64,000 bases of DNA from Steroidobacteraceae bacterium (GCA_036498785.1 DASYEW010000047.1:86008-150007); one strand, 5' to 3'; shown: positions 46,610 through 56,426, counted from the first letter of the stretch. Program-made: numbers and translations. Notes: a model not told the origin generated them from the sequence alone.

Positions 46610-47395
46610 ATGACGATCTTCCTCATCGCCTGCGCAGCCTTCTGCACTACTTACGCGGGTGGGCTGTTCGCCCTCGCACTGCACGACAAACTGCATCTGG
46701 TGCTCGGATTCAGTGCCGGTGCGGTCGTCGCCGTCGCGCTGGTCGACCTGATACCCGAAGCCATCGACATCGGCAGTGCCTTCCACTCCCCTGCAACGTT
46801 GCTTGGATGGACGATGCTGAGTTTCCTGCTCTACCTGGTGCTCGATCGCATCAAGCTATTGCATCGCGCGGCCGCAGATGGCGACACCGGGCACGGCGCG
46901 CACGCCGACGAATCGACGCATACCCACAAGGCACATGATTCGCATGCCGGCGCTTCCAGCCATACGGTTTCGCTCGGCGCAGGAAGTTTTTCGGCGCACA
47001 GCTTCCTGGACGGAATTGCCATTGGTGTCGCATTCCAGGCATCCGCGGCCGTTGGCGCCATCGTGACGATTGCAGTGCTGGCTCACGACTTCTCCGACGG
47101 CATCAACACGGTCAGCGTCGTCCTGAAGAATGGCGGCAGCCGCAAACAGGCAATGCGCTGGTTGCTGGCGGATGCTCTGGCGCCGGCAGCGGGTGTCTGC
47201 TCGACATTGTTGTTCTCGATTCCGCAGAGCCTGCTCGGCGGGCTGCTGGCGGTGTTCGGCGGCTTCTTTTTATATATCGGCGCCAGCGACCTGGTACCGG
47301 AAAGCCATCACGCGCATCCGAAATTCTTGACCACGGCGATGACCGTGCTTGGCGCCGTCGTCATTTTCGCCGTCACCTTGATTGCTGGCGGCTGA
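46610..47395 (+). CDS. ZIP-family divalent metal (zinc) transporter
   Basis: His-rich loop HGAHADESTHTHKAHDSHAGASSH, plus HSFLDGIAIG and LAHDFSDGI motifs across 8 TM helices. Confidence 0.85.
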   Translation: MTIFLIACAAFCTTYAGGLFALALHDKLHLVLGFSAGAVVAVALVDLIPEAIDIGSAFHSPATLLGWTMLSFLLYLVLDRIKLLHRAAADGDTGHGAHADESTHTHKAHDSHAGASSHTVSLGAGSFSAHSFLDGIAIGVAFQASAAVGAIVTIAVLAHDFSDGINTVSVVLKNGGSRKQAMRWLLADALAPAAGVCSTLLFSIPQSLLGGLLAVFGGFFLYIGASDLVPESHHAHPKFLTTAMTVLGAVVIFAVTLIAGG

Positions 47396-47406
47396 TACCA
47401 GGCATT

Positions 47407-48108
47407 TCAGCAGTGAACGCCGAACTGCGAGCGCATTTCGTCGACACCGGTGCGGGTAACCTTCAGGGCACGACTGTCGAGATCCTGCACTACCCAGCGA
47501 CGTTTTAAGGCAACGTTCAATAACGCCGCGCCGAGAGCCCCGCCCAGATGCGGCCGCCGCTCGCTCCAGTCGACACAAGCACAGGCAAAACGGCGTCGCA
47601 ACGCACGCGTCGCGTCGACATCGATTCCCAGCTTGGTCAGCGCCTTCGCACCTTCACTGCTGAGATCGTAGACGTTGTCGTCCACGGCGCTGGCCGACAG
47701 CCATCCCAGCTCATTGAGGCGGTCGTGCAGCGAAACCGCTACGGCACCGGCCATGTGATCGTAACAAGTGCGCGCGGCGCGCAGTCGGCTGGGCGTATTC
47801 GGTACGAATTTGTCGCGAGGTCCGCCAGCGACAACCATCAATGCTTCAAGCGCCGCAGCGACGCTACCGCCATCGAGACTGTAGTAACGGTGTTTGCCCT
47901 GCGCGAGCACTTTCACCAGCTTCTGCTCTTTCAGCCGGGCCAGGTGCACGCTCGCCGTCGAGGGACTTACCTCAGCGACCATCGCCAGCTCGGTACTGGT
48001 GCGCGCATGGCCATCCAGCAAGCAATAAAGCATGCGGGCCCGCGCCGGTTCGCCGATGGACGCAGCGATGCGGGAAACCGCCGCCTCGGCGCCAACCTCT
48101 GCATTCAT
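47407..48108 (-). CDS. ArsR/SmtB-family transcriptional regulator with ~130-aa C-terminal extension
   Basis: wHTH ARARMLYCLLDGHARTSTELAMVAEVSPSTASVHLARLKEQKLV. C-terminal region contains CYDHMAG and CACVDW. Confidence 0.8.
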   Translation of the reverse strand: MNAEVGAEAAVSRIAASIGEPARARMLYCLLDGHARTSTELAMVAEVSPSTASVHLARLKEQKLVKVLAQGKHRYYSLDGGSVAAALEALMVVAGGPRDKFVPNTPSRLRAARTCYDHMAGAVAVSLHDRLNELGWLSASAVDDNVYDLSSEGAKALTKLGIDVDATRALRRRFACACVDWSERRPHLGGALGAALLNVALKRRWVVQDLDSRALKVTRTGVDEMRSQFGVHC

Positions 48109-48289
48109 ACTTTGATGCTAGACGAATCGTTGTTGTTGGGCAATCGGCACACTCCCGACCGTGCAACCGAAGCAAGCCTCAGCAGCGCAGCCGACGCGCC
48201 GCGAAGTCATCGCGGCTATTGCCGTCATGCCAGCATTGCTGTCCCTGGATTGCCCCGCTGCGCCCACGATTTCCGGGAGGAACCCGCTC

Positions 48290-48628
48290 ATGACGATCAC
48301 CTGCGTGATCCGCTACCAGATCGATCCGTTCCAGCGCGACCGGTTCAAGCAATACGCCGAGAACTGGGGTCACATCATTCCGCGCTGCGGCGGCCATCTG
48401 ATCGGATATTTTCTACCCCACGAAGGCACCAACGATGTGGCCTGGGGACTGATCGCCTTCGACAGCCTTGCCGCCTACGAACGCTACAAGGCACGCCTCA
48501 AAACCGATCCGCAAGCACGCGAGAATTTCGCCATGGCGCAAAGCCAGCGAATCATCCTGCGTGAAGAACGTAATTTCGTGGAAGTCGTCGCGGGAACGTT
48601 AGGCGTTGCCTCGACGCTGGAAGAATAG
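48290..48628 (+). CDS. NIPSNAP family protein
   Basis: [26 protein letters not shown]...[35 protein letters not shown] upstream. Confidence 0.75.
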   Translation: MTITCVIRYQIDPFQRDRFKQYAENWGHIIPRCGGHLIGYFLPHEGTNDVAWGLIAFDSLAAYERYKARLKTDPQARENFAMAQSQRIILREERNFVEVVAGTLGVASTLEE

Positions 48629-48678
48629 AGGTGACGGGTGACGGGCAATAGGCTCGAACGGCCAATCTCCACCGCTAA

Positions 48679-49833
48679 GGCGACTCTGATTTACCCAAGT
48701 GGAATAATGCATTCATCGAGTCTGAGCCAAGGGGACGCACGATGAATCAGCAAACGCTCTGTGGGTTTGAGAAATACGGCAAGACCACTCGGCGGGCGCA
48801 GTTTCTGGCGCAGATGGATCAGGTGGTGCCGTGGGCGACGCTGTGTGCGCTGATCGAACCGGTATATCCCAAGGGCGGCAGCAGCGAGGGCGGACGCCCG
48901 CCGGTACCGCTGGAGAGAATGCTGCGGATCTATTTTCTGCAGGCCTGGTTCAACCTGTCGGATCCGGCGGTGGAAGAAGCTTTGTACGACTCGGCGACGA
49001 TGCGCGGTTTTGTCAGCATCGACCTGGGGCGGGAGCCCGCCCCGGATGAGACGACGGTGTGTAAGTTCCGTCACCTGCTGGAGAAGCACAAGCTTGGGGA
49101 GCAGTTGCTGAAAGCGGTGAACCGACACCTGCACGAGCATGGCATCAAGATCAGCAAGGGAACGATCGTGGACGCCTCGATCATCAGCGCGCCGTCCTCG
49201 ACCAAGAACAAGGACGGTCTGCGTGATCCGGAGATGCACCAGGTTTCCAAGGGAAAACAGTGGTACTTCGGGATGAAGGCGCACATCGGGGTGGATAGCA
49301 AAGAGAAGATCATCCACACGGTGAGAGCCTCGGCGGCGAACATTCCCGACAGCCTGGCATTGCCGCATCTGCTGCATGGCAAGGAGACTCGGGTGTAGGG
49401 TGATCAGGCCTATCGAGGACAAGGCGAGGTCATGCGAGCGCGCGCTCCACGGGCCCGGGACTTCACGAACCAAGGCTTCCGGTACCAGGGTCGAATTGAC
49501 CATGTCGAACGGCGGAAAAACCAGACCAAGTCGCGGGTGCGCTCCAAGGTCGAGCATGCCTTCTGGATCATCAAAGGCCTGTTTGGCTTCAGCAAGGTTC
49601 GCTATCGCGGCCTGGCGAAGAATCTGCATCGACTGCAGGTCACCTGCGCGTTGGCGAACTTGTTCATGGTCCGACGCCGGTTGCTGGCACACCGATGATG
49701 CCCATGTACGAGGGATGCCGATGATGCACGAGCGACCACGGCACCCCGAACGAGCAGTTCGGGAAACTTCACCTGCGCCCATAGGCTCGATTGCCGTCGT
49801 GGATCTCTGCATCATCAGTTCTTCAGACTGTCC
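48679..49833 (+). mobile_element. IS5-family insertion sequence (~1155 bp) flanked by 4-bp CTAA direct repeats
   Basis: CTAA at 48675-48678 and 49834-49837 (the IS5 YTAR target). Imperfect terminal inverted repeats GGCGACTCTGA and TCAGACTGTCC (8 of 11 match). Encodes an IS5-type DDE transposase. Confidence 0.75.
48742..49698 (+). pseudogene. IS5-family transposase interrupted by an in-frame TAG
   Basis: ORFs 48742..49398 and 49432..49698 are in the same frame. The junction reads LLHGKETRV*GDQAYRGQ, where intact relatives (from my memory of the family motif) have W, so TGG became TAG at 49396-49398. Conserved VEHAFWIIKGLFGF tail. Confidence 0.8.
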
Positions 49834-49844
49834 CTAAGCCTCTT

Positions 49845-49909
49845 CCCCGTCACCCGTCACACGTCACTCATCACATCCATCACGCCCATCACATCCATCA
49901 CTCCCTCAC
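49845..49909. repeat. 7-9-bp tandem repeats ending in (G/A)TCAC x8, overlapping the RND pump stop codon
   Basis: CCCCGTCAC CCGTCAC ACGTCAC TCATCAC ATCCATCAC GCCCATCAC ATCCATCAC TCCCTCAC. Bases 49846-49860 are the exact reverse complement of 48631-48645. Confidence 0.9.
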
Positions 49910-52900
49910 GATCCCGCCTGCTCCACCTCACCCGCGATCCCATTCTTGCCCCGCCGACGAGCGACCAGCGTGAAGAACATCGGGATGAACACGGTGGCGA
50001 TGAACGTTGCCGCGAGCATTCCGCCGAACACGCCAGTACCCATGGACTGACGCGCGGCAGAGCCTGCACCCGTAGAAACCATCAGCGGAGCGACGCCCAG
50101 CATGAATGCGAGCGAGGTCATCACGATCGGACGAAAGCGCAGGCGGGCGGCTTCCAGCGCAGCGTCCATCGGCGATTGCCCGTCAAGGTAGCCTTGCTGG
50201 GCGAATTCGACGATGAGAATGGCGTTCTTGGCCGCAAGGCCGATGAGCACCACCAGGCCGATCTGGAAATAGATGTCGTTTTCCATGCCGCGCATCCACA
50301 CCAGCGCCAGCGCGCCCATGAGCGCAAAGGGCACCGCGAGCACCACTGCAATGGGCAAGCGCCAGCGTTCATAGAGTGCCGCGAGGATCAGGAACACCAT
50401 GACGATGGCGGCGCCGAATGCGAACACTGAAGCGCTGCCGGTCCGCAATTCCTGGTAGGCCTGGCCGCTCCACGAGAGCGTGTAACCCTCCGGCAGAGTG
50501 GCCGCTGCCACTTCGGCCACCGCTGCGATCGCTTCTCCGGAGCTCACACCCGGTTTGCCATTGCCGAGAATTTTCGCGGCGACAAATCCGTTGAAGCGTT
50601 CCACCTGTTCCGGAGCGATGATGTTGGACACCGTGATGAGCGCCTTCAGCGGAATCATCTGCCCGCTGGTCGTCGAACGCACGTAGACGTTGCCGATGTC
50701 TTCCGGATTGGTGCGATACGCGGAATCTGCCTGGATCTGCACACGATAGGTACGACCGAACTTGTTGAAGTCGTTGACGTACAGCGCCGCCATCGTGCTC
50801 TGCAGGGCGTCGAACACATCCTCTACCGGCACGCCCAGAGCCAGTGCTTTCTCGCGTTCGACTTCGACACGCAATTGCGGGACCGTGGCGCGAAAGAACG
50901 TATTTGCCTTGCCGAGCTTCGGATGGGCCGAGAGTTTGGCAATGAACTGCTGGATGGTGGTTTCGAGTTGCTGCGGAGTAACTTCCCGGCGCGCCTGTAC
51001 ATAGAACTCGAAGCCGCCGGCCGAGCCCAGGCCACGAATCGGCGCGGGACTGAACGCCTGAACAGTTGCATCGCGCAACGCGCGCGACTTGTCCCGAATG
51101 ATGTTTGCCAGATCATCTGAACTCGTATCGCGTTCGTCCCAGGGCGTGAGACGCATGAAGATGGATGCCGCGCTGGTCTTGTTGCCGCCGCCGATGAAGT
51201 CCACACCATTGATGGAAGCCATGTACTTTAGCGCAGGCTCGTTGTGGATGAGCTCACGCAGCTCGGTGGTAGCTGCGATCGTACGCTCCAGGGTCGCCGC
51301 GTCCGGCAACTGGACCGAAGCAATGATCTGGCCCTGGTCTTCGGGCGGCACGAAGCCGCCGGGAATGATGTAGATAAGCAGCCCGGAGATGGCCAGGATG
51401 CCGGCGAAGATGCCGAAGGACAGGCCGCGATGTGCGATCGCTGCGCGCACAAAGCGCAGGAACTGATCGGTGACGGCAGCGAAGCCACGATTGAATGGTC
51501 TGAACATCGGCGAGTCGTGCGCGCCGGTCTTGAGCAACAGCGCGCACAGCACCGGCGTCAACGTCAGTGCGGTGAATCCGGAAATGACCACGGCAATCGC
51601 CACCGTGACTGCAAACTGCCGATAGAGCTGGCCGGCAATACCGCCGAGGAACGCCACTGGAACGAACACTGCGCACAGCACCAGCACGATGGCCACGATG
51701 GCGCCGGACACTTGTTTCATGGCCTCGACGGACGCCTCGTACGCCCCCATCCCCTCGTCCCGCATCAGCCGCTCGACGTTTTCGAGCACCACGATGGCAT
51801 CGTCGACCACGATGCCGATGGCCAGCACCATCGCGAACAGGGTGAGCGTATTGACCGAGAAGCCGGCCAGCCACAATCCAGCGAAAGTACCGATCAGCGA
51901 TACCGGAACGGCAATGAACGGGATCAGCGTCGCCCGCCACGATTGCAGGAACAGGAACACGACCGCCACCACCAGCAGCGCCGCCTCGATGATGGTCTTG
52001 GTGACTTCATGAATGGAGGCGACCACGAAATCGGTGGAGTCCACCGGAATCACGTAATCCATGCCCGGAGGAAAATCTTTCTTCAGCTCGGCGAGGCGCA
52101 CCTTGATGGCGTCGGCGACTTCGAGCGCATTAGCGCCGGTCTGCAGGAACAGGCCCAGGCCGACCATCGGGCTGCCATTCAGGATCGAAGCGGAGTCATA
52201 GCTCTGTGCGCCAAGCTCCACTCTGGCGATGTCCTTGATACGCAGTACACCGGTCGGTCCGCCGGACCTGACGACGATCTCACCGAACTGCTCGGGCTCC
52301 AGCAGGCGGCCGGTCGCCGTCAATGTCAGAGCGAGCTGCTGGCCGGGTTTCGCCGGTTCGCCGCCTACACGGCCGGCGGCGTATTGGGCGTTCTGCGCTC
52401 GCAACGCCGCAGCGACATCGGCGGTGGTCACGCCTAGCTGCGACATGCGATCGGTGTTGAGCCATACCCGCATCGAATAGTTGCGGGCGCCGAACACCGT
52501 CAGGTCGGCGACACCCGGGATGCGCTTGAGCTCGTCCACCATGTTGATCGACGCATAGTTCGACAGATCCAGCGTCGAACGCGATCCATCCGGGGAGATG
52601 ACTGCGGCGAACATCAGCAGGTCGCTGGTGCGCTTCTGCACGATCACGCCGTTGCGGCGGACTTCTTCGGGCAGGCGCGGCTCGGCGAGCTGCACGCGAT
52701 TGTTGACGTTGAAGACGGCCGCATCGATGTTGGTGCCGACTTCGAAGGTTGCGGTGATCGAAACGTTGCCGTCGGCGGCCGAAGTCGAGTTGAAGTACAG
52801 CAGTCCTTCCACGCCCGACAATTGTTCTTCGATGGGCGCAGCGATGGTCTTGGCGAGCGTCTCGGCGCTGGCGCCGGGGTAGCTCGCGTTGATCACCACC

Positions 52901-53028
52901 GTGGGCGGCGCGATCTCCGGATATTGCGCGACCGGAAGAATCGCGAACGCCGCCAGTCCGGCGAGCACGATGATGATCGAGCAGACGCCAGCCAAAACCG
53001 GGCGGTTGAGAAATAACTTGGAGATCAT
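49906..53028 (-). CDS. RND (HAE1, AcrB/MexB-type) multidrug efflux permease
   Basis: 1040 aa with 12 TM helices and two large periplasmic loops. N-terminus MISKLFLNRPVLAGVCSIIIVLAG is typical of AcrB. Confidence 0.95.
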   Translation of the reverse strand: MISKLFLNRPVLAGVCSIIIVLAGLAAFAILPVAQYPEIAPPTVVINASYPGASAETLAKTIAAPIEEQLSGVEGLLYFNSTSAADGNVSITATFEVGTNIDAAVFNVNNRVQLAEPRLPEEVRRNGVIVQKRTSDLLMFAAVISPDGSRSTLDLSNYASINMVDELKRIPGVADLTVFGARNYSMRVWLNTDRMSQLGVTTADVAAALRAQNAQYAAGRVGGEPAKPGQQLALTLTATGRLLEPEQFGEIVVRSGGPTGVLRIKDIARVELGAQSYDSASILNGSPMVGLGLFLQTGANALEVADAIKVRLAELKKDFPPGMDYVIPVDSTDFVVASIHEVTKTIIEAALLVVAVVFLFLQSWRATLIPFIAVPVSLIGTFAGLWLAGFSVNTLTLFAMVLAIGIVVDDAIVVLENVERLMRDEGMGAYEASVEAMKQVSGAIVAIVLVLCAVFVPVAFLGGIAGQLYRQFAVTVAIAVVISGFTALTLTPVLCALLLKTGAHDSPMFRPFNRGFAAVTDQFLRFVRAAIAHRGLSFGIFAGILAISGLLIYIIPGGFVPPEDQGQIIASVQLPDAATLERTIAATTELRELIHNEPALKYMASINGVDFIGGGNKTSAASIFMRLTPWDERDTSSDDLANIIRDKSRALRDATVQAFSPAPIRGLGSAGGFEFYVQARREVTPQQLETTIQQFIAKLSAHPKLGKANTFFRATVPQLRVEVEREKALALGVPVEDVFDALQSTMAALYVNDFNKFGRTYRVQIQADSAYRTNPEDIGNVYVRSTTSGQMIPLKALITVSNIIAPEQVERFNGFVAAKILGNGKPGVSSGEAIAAVAEVAAATLPEGYTLSWSGQAYQELRTGSASVFAFGAAIVMVFLILAALYERWRLPIAVVLAVPFALMGALALVWMRGMENDIYFQIGLVVLIGLAAKNAILIVEFAQQGYLDGQSPMDAALEAARLRFRPIVMTSLAFMLGVAPLMVSTGAGSAARQSMGTGVFGGMLAATFIATVFIPMFFTLVARRRGKNGIAGEVEQAGS

Positions 53029-53034
53029 CGCGCT

Positions 53035-54234
53035 TCAGCCGCCCCGCTTGTCGGTCGGAGCAGCAGCAGCAGCGGCTTCCGCGGTACCCTTGGGCGATTC
53101 CTCGCTCGCCGCTTCGATCTTCAGCGCCTGCCCCGGATGCAGCTTGAGCAGATTGTCGAGCACCAGCACATCGCCCGGCGTCAGGCCAGCCAGAATCCGC
53201 CACTCCTCGCCAATCCATGAACCCGTCTGCACGGTGCGTTGCTCGGCGTGGTTATCGGCGCCCACCACCCAGACGAAGGGACCCTTGGCATTTTGCAAGA
53301 CAGCCGTCTGCGGCACGGCGATGCCATCCACGCCCGCGCCCGCCAATCGCACCCGCAGGTATTCGCCCGGCAGGATCGACAGTTTCGGATTGCTGAATTC
53401 CGCCCGCAGCTGCACGGTCCCGAGCGTCGAGTCGACATTCGATGCGGCGAAGTTCACATGACCCTGGGTGACGAGAGGTTTGCGATCCCGATCCAGCAGC
53501 TGGACCGACAGTGCCGAGGGATCGTGCGCACCTGTGGTTCGCAGCGTTTCGTATTCCTGTGCCGACAGCGCAAAACGCACCCAGATGGGATCGGTCTGAA
53601 CCAGCGTGGTCAGCAGGCTTGAGTCCGAGGACGCCGTCACCAGGCTGCCTTCAGACTGCTCTGCACGGCCCACGATGCCGGCGATAGGCGCAACTACGTG
53701 CGTGTAGGACAGGTTCACTTCCGCTTCGCGCAGGTTTGCTTGCGCAGCAAGCACCGCAGCGTCGGCGACTTCCACCGCACTCAGCGCATCGTCAGCCTGG
53801 CGTTTGCTGACTGCATTCTGTTGTGCCAGCGAGCTCGTCCGATCCGAGTTGCGTTTTGCCTGGTGCTGCGTAGCACGTTCCTGAGCCAGCGCGGCACGGG
53901 CATGGTCGAGAGCGATTTCGTACGGGACGGGATCGATGCTGAACAGCTCGGCACCGGCCTTGACCGCCAATCCTTCCTTGTAAGTCTGCTTCTCCAGGAT
54001 GCCGCTTACCCGCGCGTGCACCTTGATCTCGCGCGAGCCTTCGGTACGGCCGACCACTTCCACCGCCAGTGCGAGCGGCTTGGATTCGACTTTCCGCACA
54101 CTGACGGCAACTGGCTGGTTGTCGTCCGCCGCGGGACTCTGGCCGCCGTGGCCGCAGCCGGCGAGCGTGGACAGCAGCGCAAAACCGCAGGCACCGAACA
54201 AACGGGGGCAGAACAACGAACTTCGCATGGGCAA
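53035..54234 (-). CDS. RND efflux periplasmic adaptor (membrane fusion protein) lipoprotein
   Basis: Lipobox LSTLAGC, coiled-coil hairpin, and beta-barrel motifs. Ends 6 nt upstream of the RND permease gene. Confidence 0.9.
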   Translation of the reverse strand: MPMRSSLFCPRLFGACGFALLSTLAGCGHGGQSPAADDNQPVAVSVRKVESKPLALAVEVVGRTEGSREIKVHARVSGILEKQTYKEGLAVKAGAELFSIDPVPYEIALDHARAALAQERATQHQAKRNSDRTSSLAQQNAVSKRQADDALSAVEVADAAVLAAQANLREAEVNLSYTHVVAPIAGIVGRAEQSEGSLVTASSDSSLLTTLVQTDPIWVRFALSAQEYETLRTTGAHDPSALSVQLLDRDRKPLVTQGHVNFAASNVDSTLGTVQLRAEFSNPKLSILPGEYLRVRLAGAGVDGIAVPQTAVLQNAKGPFVWVVGADNHAEQRTVQTGSWIGEEWRILAGLTPGDVLVLDNLLKLHPGQALKIEAASEESPKGTAEAAAAAAPTDKRGG

Positions 54235-54489
54235 ATCCAGGGGTAGCGGGCCCGGCCAGGGTGGGCGGGGGCCGGCAGTTTAACAGGCGTCGCCGACGGG
54301 CGTAGCGTCACCACACTCCCTTGCAATTGTCCGTACCGGCTTTACGGATTTTTGCCGTCGTGTCCATCACCAGACCCCTCGGCAGAGCCCATGAACGGTA
54401 CAACCGATCCTTTCGACCTGGCTTTTGCCTGCTTCTAGCCTGTTTTCAGGGGGAGCGAGGCTCTCCCTTGTTGCCGGGACTCGGTCGCG

Positions 54490-56115
54490 TCAAGCTGCCG
54501 ATCGCAGTGACGGACGCTCGTGGACTACATGAGTCATTGGCTGCGATATCACCGGTACCGGCTGCTGCGCGCCATTCGCGACCTGGAAGAAAGCAATCTG
54601 CTCGACCAGGCTGTGCGCCTGTTGCTCCATCGACTTGCTGGCACTGGAAATTTCTTCCACCACCGCCGCGTTCTGTTGCGTCGCCTGGTCCATCTGCATG
54701 ACCGCATCGTTCACCTGGTCGATGCCAGAGCTTTGTTCGGCGTTCGCCGCCGAAATCTCCGCGACGATATCGCTGACCTTGCGGATACCGTCCAGGATCT
54801 CGGTCAGCGTCGTGCCCGAGGAATTGACCAGCTCCGAGCCGGTGTGCACCTTGTCGACCGAATCCTTGATCATTTCCTTGATCTCCTTGGCGGCCGCGCC
54901 ACTACGTTGCGCAAGCTGCCGGACCTCGGCAGCGACGACGGCAAAGCCACGCCCCTGCTCGCCGGCCCGCGCCGCTTCCACTGCTGCGTTGAGCGCCAGC
55001 AGGTTGGTCTGGAACGCAATCTCGTCGATGACACCGATGATGTCGGCGATGCGTTTGCTCGACGCATTGATCTTGTTCATCGCGTCGATGGCTTCTCGCA
55101 CGACGACGGTACCTTTGTCCGCTCGTTCGCGCGCACGGATCGCCAGCTGATTCGCCTGTTGCGCGTTTTCCGCGTTGCGCTTCACGTTGGCGGTCATCTG
55201 TTCCATGCTGGCCGCAGTTTCCTGCAACGCCGATGCCTGTTCCTGCGTGCGCTGGCTAAGATCGTCGTTGCCCTGCGCCAGTTCTCTCGCAGCCGAGCCG
55301 ACGACTTCCGCACCGCCACGCACGCTGCTGACGGTCTGGGTGAGCTTCGCATCCATCGAGGCGAGCAAGCGCAGCAGCTCACCGAACTCATCGTTGCTGG
55401 TAATCTCGATCCTGTCGCCGAGACGGCCGGCAGCTATACGCCGTGCAACCTGTCGCGCCGTGTCGAGCGAACCCATGATCGAGCGCGCCAGCAGCCATCC
55501 GGCGAGGCTCGCCAGTGCGACGCCGGCGAAGATCGCGGTCCAGATGTAGTAAGTCGAACTGATGAAGGTCTTACCGGCTTCGGCCTGCAACTCTTCGGCC
55601 ATGCGCACGTTGTAGGCGACCAGAGCATCCACCGCAGCCAGTGCCCGCTCCCCACGTGGCAAGACGTCCTTGCGAACCGCTTCAGCTGCGGCGTCGTAAC
55701 GTCCCGCCCCTATGTCCTGCAATGCTCCATCAATGACGCGCTCATGTTCGGCCCGTGCCTCGATGAATGCCTGCCCCAGGCGCCGGTCCTCGTCGGTGAC
55801 CGTGGAGTCCACATACCATTTCCAGAGCCTGCTGACCTCCTTGCGGTCCTCGTCGATACGGCCAAGTGCCGACTGCGACGCTTCGGGTGTGCGCGTGACC
55901 ACCGCGACCAGCATCTGTTCGGTTATGCGGCTCATATGCACATTCAGTTCGGACAGCGCCTTGGTACCCAGGAAATAGGTCTCATGGCTGTATTTCATGG
56001 TCGCATTGACGCTGGTGGCAGTCCGATAGCCGAGCAGGCCGACCGCCAGCAAGGCGCCGGCGCCGAGGGCGACTGTCAGCAGAATCCGGGCTCGTACGCT
56101 TACCGAAAGACTCAT
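54490..56115 (-). CDS. Methyl-accepting chemotaxis protein (four-helix-bundle-type sensor)
   Basis: TM1, a ~170-aa helical periplasmic domain, TM2, HAMP, and the same conserved signalling hairpin as the other MCP. GGAGA SD precedes ATG 56115. Confidence 0.9.
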   Translation of the reverse strand: MSLSVSVRARILLTVALGAGALLAVGLLGYRTATSVNATMKYSHETYFLGTKALSELNVHMSRITEQMLVAVVTRTPEASQSALGRIDEDRKEVSRLWKWYVDSTVTDEDRRLGQAFIEARAEHERVIDGALQDIGAGRYDAAAEAVRKDVLPRGERALAAVDALVAYNVRMAEELQAEAGKTFISSTYYIWTAIFAGVALASLAGWLLARSIMGSLDTARQVARRIAAGRLGDRIEITSNDEFGELLRLLASMDAKLTQTVSSVRGGAEVVGSAARELAQGNDDLSQRTQEQASALQETAASMEQMTANVKRNAENAQQANQLAIRARERADKGTVVVREAIDAMNKINASSKRIADIIGVIDEIAFQTNLLALNAAVEAARAGEQGRGFAVVAAEVRQLAQRSGAAAKEIKEMIKDSVDKVHTGSELVNSSGTTLTEILDGIRKVSDIVAEISAANAEQSSGIDQVNDAVMQMDQATQQNAAVVEEISSASKSMEQQAHSLVEQIAFFQVANGAQQPVPVISQPMTHVVHERPSLRSAA

Positions 56116-56317
56116 CGCTATCTCCGTCGACTGATTGGCCGCCGACCGATTGGCCACGGCTTTCCGGGTGGGAACCTGCGGCACGGAATCGAGAATCCGG
56201 CCCACCTCTCTAGTTCTATCGCACCGAAACCGCCCGGCTTTAGAAGCCGGCACGACAATCAGCAATCACCTTAGCGGGGGCGTAAGGGGTGGCCACGTCC
56301 CTGGCGGGCGGCCGGCA

Positions 56318-56341
56318 GGGGACACATATATATGTATCCCC
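56318..56341. promoter_or_regulatory. 24-bp near-perfect AT-cored palindrome ~200 bp upstream of the MCP gene
   Basis: GGGGACACATAT|ATATGTATCCCC with one mismatch per 12-nt arm. It is a sharp AT island in GC-rich DNA. Function unknown. Confidence 0.25.
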
Positions 56342-56426
56342 GCCCGAGGTTATTCCGGCAGGTTATGGACCGCCGTCCTGCGTTTCGTTATCCAGCCAAC
56401 GACTGATGTCGCTGGCGTGGCCGGCA

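Noticed and set aside
54330-54353. Hairpin TCCGTA-CCGGCTT-TACGGA followed by T5 on the + strand upstream of the RND adaptor gene.
   Set aside because: The stem is only 6 bp (3 GC pairs). It is oriented opposite to both neighbouring genes and has no associated upstream transcript evidence. It is too weak to call a terminator or sRNA.
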